A stretch of DNA of 8,156 nucleotides from a virus (taxonomy: Duplodnaviria > Heunggongvirae > Uroviricota > Caudoviricetes), in the IMG/VR virus record IMGVR_UViG_2778261152_000004. One strand, given 5' to 3'. Positions 3,863 to 8,156 of the stretch are shown here, in pieces (the first letter of the stretch is position 1; each line of letters begins with the position of its first letter). Below the pieces are notes generated by a model. That model did not search any database. It was not told the DNA's origin and was given only the letters and a program-made list of their open reading frames with translations. The translations under genes and the position numbers were made by a program.

Positions 3863-6334
3863 ATGAGTAAAGTCTTTATTTGCGCCGCTATTCCTGACGA
3901 ACTGGCAACAAGGGAAGAAGGCGCTGTGGCTGTAGCCACAGCCATTGAAGCTGGCGACGAACGCCGTGCTCGAGCAAAATTTCACTGGCAGTTCCTGGAA
4001 CATTATCCGGCTGCTCAGGACTGCGCTTATAAATTTATTGTCTGCGAGGATAAACCTGGCATACCCCGCCCTGCCCTCGATTCATGGGATGCTGAATATA
4101 TGCAGGAAAACCGCTGGGATGAGGAGTCTGCTTCTTTTGTCCCGGTTGAGACTGAATCCGATCCGATGAACGTCACTTTTGACAAGCTGGCCCCTGAAGT
4201 ACAGAACGCTGTCATGGTTAAGTTCGACACATGTGAAAACATCACCGTTGATATGGTTATTAGCGCACAGGAATTGTTGCAGGAAGACATGGCAACATTC
4301 GACGGACATATCGTTGAAGCGTTGATGAAAATGCCAGAAGTTAACGCCATGTATCCGGAGCTTAAGTTGCACGCCATTGGGTGGGTTAAGCATAAATGTA
4401 TTCCTGGTGCTAAATGGCCCGAAATTCAGGCAGAGATGCGCATCTGGAAAAAACGTCGCGAAGGTGAACGCAAGGAAACCGGAAAATACACGTCTGTTGT
4501 TGATCTCGCCCGCGCCAGAACCAATCAACAGTACACTGAAAATTCAACAGGAAAAATCAGCCCGGTCATTGCTGCCATTCATCGCGAATACAAGCAGACA
4601 TGGAAAACACTGGATGACGAACTGGCCTACGCTCTCTGGCCTGGTGATGTGGATGCCGGAAACATTGACGGCAGCATCCATCGCTGGGCAAAAAAAGAAG
4701 TTATCGACAACGACCGCGAAGACTGGAAGCGTATCTCGGCATCAATGCGCAAACAGCCTGATGCCCTTCGCTACGACCGCCAGACTATTTTTGGCCTTGT
4801 CCGTGAGCGTCCGATCGACATTCACAAAGATCCCATAGCACTGAACAAATATATCTGCGAATACCTGACGACAAAGGGCGTGTTTGAGAATGAAGAAACA
4901 GACCTGGGCACTGTTGATGTTCTCCAGTCATCAGAAACACAAACTGATGCAGTGGAAACTGAGGTATCTGATATCCCAAAAAATGAAACCGCGCCGGAAG
5001 CTGAACCATCTGTAGAGCGTGAGGGGCCGTTCTATTTCCTCTTCGCAGATAAGGACGGAGAAAAATACGGTCGCGCAAACAAACTTTCTGGTCTGGATAA
5101 GGCACTGGCTGCTGGCGCCACTGAAATCACAAAAGAAGAATATTTTGCCCGAAAAAATGGCACATACACGGGCTTACCGCAAAATGTAGATACCGCTGAA
5201 GATTCAGAACAACCAGAGCCGATAAAAGTTACCGCTGACGAAGTAAACAAAATTATGCAGGCAGCCAATATCAGCCAGCCTGACGCCGATAAGTTGCTTG
5301 CTGCGTCACGTGGTGAATTTGTTGAAGGGATTAGTGACCCGAATGATCCGAAATGGGTTAAGGGGATCCAGACCCGCGATTCTGTGAACCAGAACCAGCA
5401 TGAATCGGAACGGAACTACCAAAAAGCGGAACAAAACAGCACAAATGCGTTACAAAACGAGCCAGAAACGAAACAGCCTGAACCAGTGGCGCAACTGGAA
5501 GTGGAAAAAGTCTGCACCGCCTGCGGTCAGACCGGCGGCGGCAACTGCCCTGATTGTGGCGCGGTGATGGGCGACGCAACATACCAGGAAACATTCGATG
5601 AAGAGTATCAGGTTGAAGTTCAGGAAGATGATCTGGAGGAAATGGAAGGCGCTGAACATCCACACAAGGAGAACACTGGCGGCAATCAGCATCACAATAG
5701 CGATAATGAAACTGGCGAGACGGCAGATCACTCAATTAAGGTGAACGGTCATCACGAAATCACATCCACCAGCAGGACGTGTGACCATCTAATGATCGAC
5801 CTTGAAACCATGGGAAAAAATCCTGATGCCCCGATCATCTCAATAGGTGCAATATTTTTCGATCCGCAAACCGGAGATATGGGACCGGAATTTAGTAAGA
5901 CTATCGATCTGGAAACTGCTGGCGGAGTCATTGATCGGGACACCATTAAATGGTGGCTTAAGCAATCACGCGAAGCGCAATCTGCCATTATGACCGATGA
6001 AATCCCGTTAGATGATGCACTGTTACAATTGCGGGAATTTATCGACGAAAACTCCGGTGAATTTTTTGTTCAGGTTTGGGGAAATGGAGCCAACTTCGAC
6101 AACACGATTTTGCGTCGTTCATACGAACGGCAGGGGATCCCCTGCCCGTGGCGTTACTACAACGATCGCGATGTACGCACAATCGTTGAGCTGGGGAAAG
6201 CCATAGACTTCGATGCCAGAACGGCTATTCCATTCGAAGGTGAGCGCCATAATGCACTTGATGACGCCCGTTACCAGGCAAAATACGTTTCAGTTATCTG
6301 GCAAAAACTGATCCCGAGTCAGGCTGATTCTTAA
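3863..6334 (+). CDS. Large prophage exonuclease: unknown N-terminal region, RecE-like central linker with CxxC-x7-CxxC zinc ribbon, C-terminal DEDDh 3'-5' exonuclease domain, 823 aa
   Basis: Single long ORF with a GAGG RBS. C-terminal motifs: Exo I MIDLETMG, Exo II VWGNGANFDNTIL, Exo III HNALDDARYQAKY. Central segment DKLLAASRGEFVEGISDPNDPKWVKGIQTRD...CTACGQTGGGNCPDCGAVMGDATYQETFDEE resembles what I recall of the RecE (exonuclease VIII) linker. Occupies the exo position upstream of xis-int. Confidence 0.8.
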   Translation: MSKVFICAAIPDELATREEGAVAVATAIEAGDERRARAKFHWQFLEHYPAAQDCAYKFIVCEDKPGIPRPALDSWDAEYMQENRWDEESASFVPVETESDPMNVTFDKLAPEVQNAVMVKFDTCENITVDMVISAQELLQEDMATFDGHIVEALMKMPEVNAMYPELKLHAIGWVKHKCIPGAKWPEIQAEMRIWKKRREGERKETGKYTSVVDLARARTNQQYTENSTGKISPVIAAIHREYKQTWKTLDDELAYALWPGDVDAGNIDGSIHRWAKKEVIDNDREDWKRISASMRKQPDALRYDRQTIFGLVRERPIDIHKDPIALNKYICEYLTTKGVFENEETDLGTVDVLQSSETQTDAVETEVSDIPKNETAPEAEPSVEREGPFYFLFADKDGEKYGRANKLSGLDKALAAGATEITKEEYFARKNGTYTGLPQNVDTAEDSEQPEPIKVTADEVNKIMQAANISQPDADKLLAASRGEFVEGISDPNDPKWVKGIQTRDSVNQNQHESERNYQKAEQNSTNALQNEPETKQPEPVAQLEVEKVCTACGQTGGGNCPDCGAVMGDATYQETFDEEYQVEVQEDDLEEMEGAEHPHKENTGGNQHHNSDNETGETADHSIKVNGHHEITSTSRTCDHLMIDLETMGKNPDAPIISIGAIFFDPQTGDMGPEFSKTIDLETAGGVIDRDTIKWWLKQSREAQSAIMTDEIPLDDALLQLREFIDENSGEFFVQVWGNGANFDNTILRRSYERQGIPCPWRYYNDRDVRTIVELGKAIDFDARTAIPFEGERHNALDDARYQAKYVSVIWQKLIPSQADS

Positions 6335-6346
6335 TGTTCAACTGTC

Positions 6347-6376
6347 GCCGGTTGTGACTGGTATTCTGCAACCGGC
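6347..6376 (+). other. Stem-loop between the exonuclease gene and xis
   Basis: gccggttg (6347-6354) pairs with caaccggc (6369-6376): 8-bp GC-rich stem, 14-nt loop, no following T-run. Confidence 0.3.
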
Positions 6377-6406
6377 GCTCGTCTGATGTAAGAGATAAAG
6401 AAATCG

Positions 6407-6658
6407 ATGAGCGAAGTAATCATGATTGTCTCTCCCGGCAAATGGGTATCCGAAGAGCAGTTAATTGCGCTGAAAGGAATAAAAAAAGGTACGTTAAAAA
6501 AGGCCCGGGAAAAATCGTTTATGGAAGGAAGGGAATATAAGCATGTCGCTCATGACGGTATGCCATGGGATAACAGTCCATGCTTTTACAACCTGGAAGA
6601 AATTGATCGCTGGATTGAGCGCCAGGCATCAGCGAGACCAAGACGTCATCTTACTTGA
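6407..6658 (+). CDS. xis: Excisionase (lambda Xis-like), 83 aa
   Basis: Small basic protein directly upstream of the integrase. EGREYKHVAHDG resembles the lambda Xis DGREYLFHESA segment. Start may be the in-frame ATG at 6422. Confidence 0.65.
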   Translation: MSEVIMIVSPGKWVSEEQLIALKGIKKGTLKKAREKSFMEGREYKHVAHDGMPWDNSPCFYNLEEIDRWIERQASARPRRHLT

Positions 6659-6692
6659 CTAAAAGCCACACTAACTAATGAGAGAAGTTGAA

Positions 6693-7973
6693 ATGAAATA
6701 TCCGACAGGCGTGGAAAACCATGGAGGGAAATTACGTATCTGGTTTGTTTATAAAGGCGTAAGAGTCAGGGAAAACCTGGGGGTTCCTGACACAGCAAAA
6801 AACAGGCGCGTTGCAGGTGAGCTACGCGCCTCTGTTTGTTACGCAATAAAAACTGGTGTTTTCGACTATGCAAAACAGTTTCCCTCCTCACGCAATCTGG
6901 AAAAATTTGGTGAGGCCCGACAAGATTTAACCATAAAAGAACTGGCTGAAAAATTTCTGGCACTGAAAGAAACTGAAGTCGCAAAAACATCACTCAACAC
7001 ATACCGTGCCGTCATCAAAAATATCCTGAGCATAATCGGTGAAAAAAATCTTGCCTCATCGATTAATAAAGAAAAATTACTGGAGGTTCGTAAAGAGCTA
7101 CTGACTGGATACCAGATCCCCAAAAGTAACTATATTGTTACACAACCAGGGAGATCGGCTGTAACTGTAAATAATTACATGACAAATCTTAACGCCGTGT
7201 TCCAGTTTGGTGTTGATAACGGTTACCTGTTAGATAACCCGTTTAAGGGGATCTCGCCATTAAAGGAATCAAGAACCATTCCGGATCCTCTTTCGCGGGA
7301 GGAATTCATCCGTCTTATCGATGCGTGCAGAAATCAGCAAGCCAAAAATTTATGGTGTGTTTCTGTTTATACTGGCGTTCGCCCTGGTGAGCTGTGTGCA
7401 CTTGGATGGGAGGACATAGATCTGAAAAATGGAACAATGATGATCAGGAGAAATTTAGCAAAAGACCGTTTCACGGTACCAAAAACACAGGCGGGAACCA
7501 ATCGGGTCATTCATCTTATTAAGCCAGCAATCGACGCTCTCCGGAGTCAGATGACATTAACGAGACTGAGCAAAGAGCATATCATTGATGTTCACCTCAG
7601 AGAGTATGGCAGAACAGAAAAACATAAATGCACCTTTGTTTTTCAACCTGAAGTGTCAGCGAGAGTAAAAAATTATGGTGACCATTTTACCGTTGACTCA
7701 ATAAGGCAGATGTGGGACGCAGCGATAAAACGTGCCGGACTCCGCCATCGAAAATCATATCAGTCGAGACATACTTATGCCTGCTGGTCGCTGACAGCTG
7801 GTGCTAACCCGGCATTTATAGCAAACCAGATGGGCCATGCAGATGCGCAAATGGTATTTCAGGTATACGGAAAATGGATGTCTGAAAACAATAATGCACA
7901 GGTAGCTTTGTTAAATACACAGTTAAGCGAGTTTGCCCCAACCATGCCCCATAACGAAGCAATGAAAAATTAA
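6693..7973 (+). CDS. int: Phage integrase (tyrosine recombinase, Rac/Qin IntR-like family), 426 aa
   Basis: C-terminal catalytic motifs RHTYACWSL...GANP...QMGHADAQMVFQVY (His and Tyr present). N-terminal MKYPTGVENHGGKLRIWFVYKG resembles integrase arm-binding domains. Track gives 6678 as start; 6693 is preferred because MKYPTGVE matches the family N-terminus and has a better purine-rich spacer. Confidence 0.85.
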   Translation: MKYPTGVENHGGKLRIWFVYKGVRVRENLGVPDTAKNRRVAGELRASVCYAIKTGVFDYAKQFPSSRNLEKFGEARQDLTIKELAEKFLALKETEVAKTSLNTYRAVIKNILSIIGEKNLASSINKEKLLEVRKELLTGYQIPKSNYIVTQPGRSAVTVNNYMTNLNAVFQFGVDNGYLLDNPFKGISPLKESRTIPDPLSREEFIRLIDACRNQQAKNLWCVSVYTGVRPGELCALGWEDIDLKNGTMMIRRNLAKDRFTVPKTQAGTNRVIHLIKPAIDALRSQMTLTRLSKEHIIDVHLREYGRTEKHKCTFVFQPEVSARVKNYGDHFTVDSIRQMWDAAIKRAGLRHRKSYQSRHTYACWSLTAGANPAFIANQMGHADAQMVFQVYGKWMSENNNAQVALLNTQLSEFAPTMPHNEAMKN

Positions 7974-8079
7974 TTTAATATTTATCAAATAGTTGACACG
8001 TATGACTCTTGAAATCCATAAATTCAAGCGCAGTGCCCAGCCATCCCGATACTGCTGCTTTCACCAAATCCTTAGTGCT

Positions 8080-8156
8080 GGTAATGACTCCAACTTATTG
8101 ATAGTGTTTTATGTTCAGATAATGCCCGATGACTTTGTCATGCAGCTCCACCGATT
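8080..8156 (-). mobile_element. IS1 insertion sequence, terminal inverted repeat and adjoining end (element continues past the window)
   Basis: ggtaatgactccaacttattgatagtgttttatgttcagataatgcccgatgactttgtcatgcagctccaccgatt matches the IS1 terminal inverted repeat (GGTAATGACTCCAACTTATTGAT) and adjacent sequence as I recall it. Confidence 0.85.
8095..8156 (-). CDS. insB: IS1 transposase InsB, C-terminal fragment (5' part outside window)
   Basis: Minus-strand translation ends ...SVELHDKVIGHYLNIKHYQ with stop TAA (complement of 8095-8097), the InsB C-terminus. Confidence 0.8.
   Translation of the reverse strand, partial: SVELHDKVIGHYLNIKHYQ

Larger units (their letters stand above)
1..8079. mobile_element. 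Lambdoid (Qin/dicBF-type) prophage segment: replication gene, immunity region, early-left operon, xis-int
   Basis: Gene order and orientation match a lambdoid immunity/early-left arm (O-like <- cII-position gene <- cro-like | repressor -> dicB operon -> exonuclease -> xis -> int). Several products are recognisable prophage families. Confidence 0.8.

Noticed and set aside
3945-6206. Multiple track ORFs within and antisense to the 823-aa exonuclease gene (e.g. 4027..4377-, 4082..4528-, 4377..4838+, 5358..5735-, 5752..5988-, 6012..6206+)
   Set aside because: All are nested in or antisense to one long, motif-bearing ORF; none has its own RBS or recognisable family features.
6766-7123. Minus-strand ORFs inside the integrase gene
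   Set aside because: Antisense shadow ORFs within a well-supported tyrosine recombinase gene.
7993-8021. Promoter-like TTGACA downstream of int
   Set aside because: No acceptable -10 at 16-18 bp spacing; likely a chance match in AT-rich att-flanking DNA.

Overview
This window reads as the immunity/early-left arm of a lambdoid prophage of the enterobacterial Qin/dicBF type, ending at an IS1 insertion. All calls rest on reading the sequence and recalled family knowledge; no database search was run. Order, left to right: a partial O-like replication initiator gene (minus strand, runs off the window start, not in the ORF track) carrying internal iteron arrays and an AT-rich stretch; a YdaT-like gene (minus); a Cro/DicC-like gene (minus); a divergent operator/promoter region with GTTTT-N6-AAAAC palindromes; a cI-type repressor with HTH and S24 peptidase domains (plus); a putative leftward promoter with a matching operator; small genes ydfA-ydfB-ydfC; a structured ~340-nt non-coding leader; the DicF sRNA with its terminator; dicB and the overlapping ydfD; an 823-aa protein combining a RecE-like central linker with a C-terminal DEDDh 3'-5' exonuclease domain; excisionase; tyrosine integrase; ~106 bp of spacer; then the terminal inverted repeat and insB 3' end of IS1. 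Most ORF-track entries inside or antisense to these genes are shadow ORFs. The points most worth follow-up are the domain-swapped exonuclease with no annealase partner, the cell-division-inhibitor operon under a cI-type repressor whose cleavage-site glycine appears replaced, the operator and iteron architecture, and the IS1 insertion beside int.
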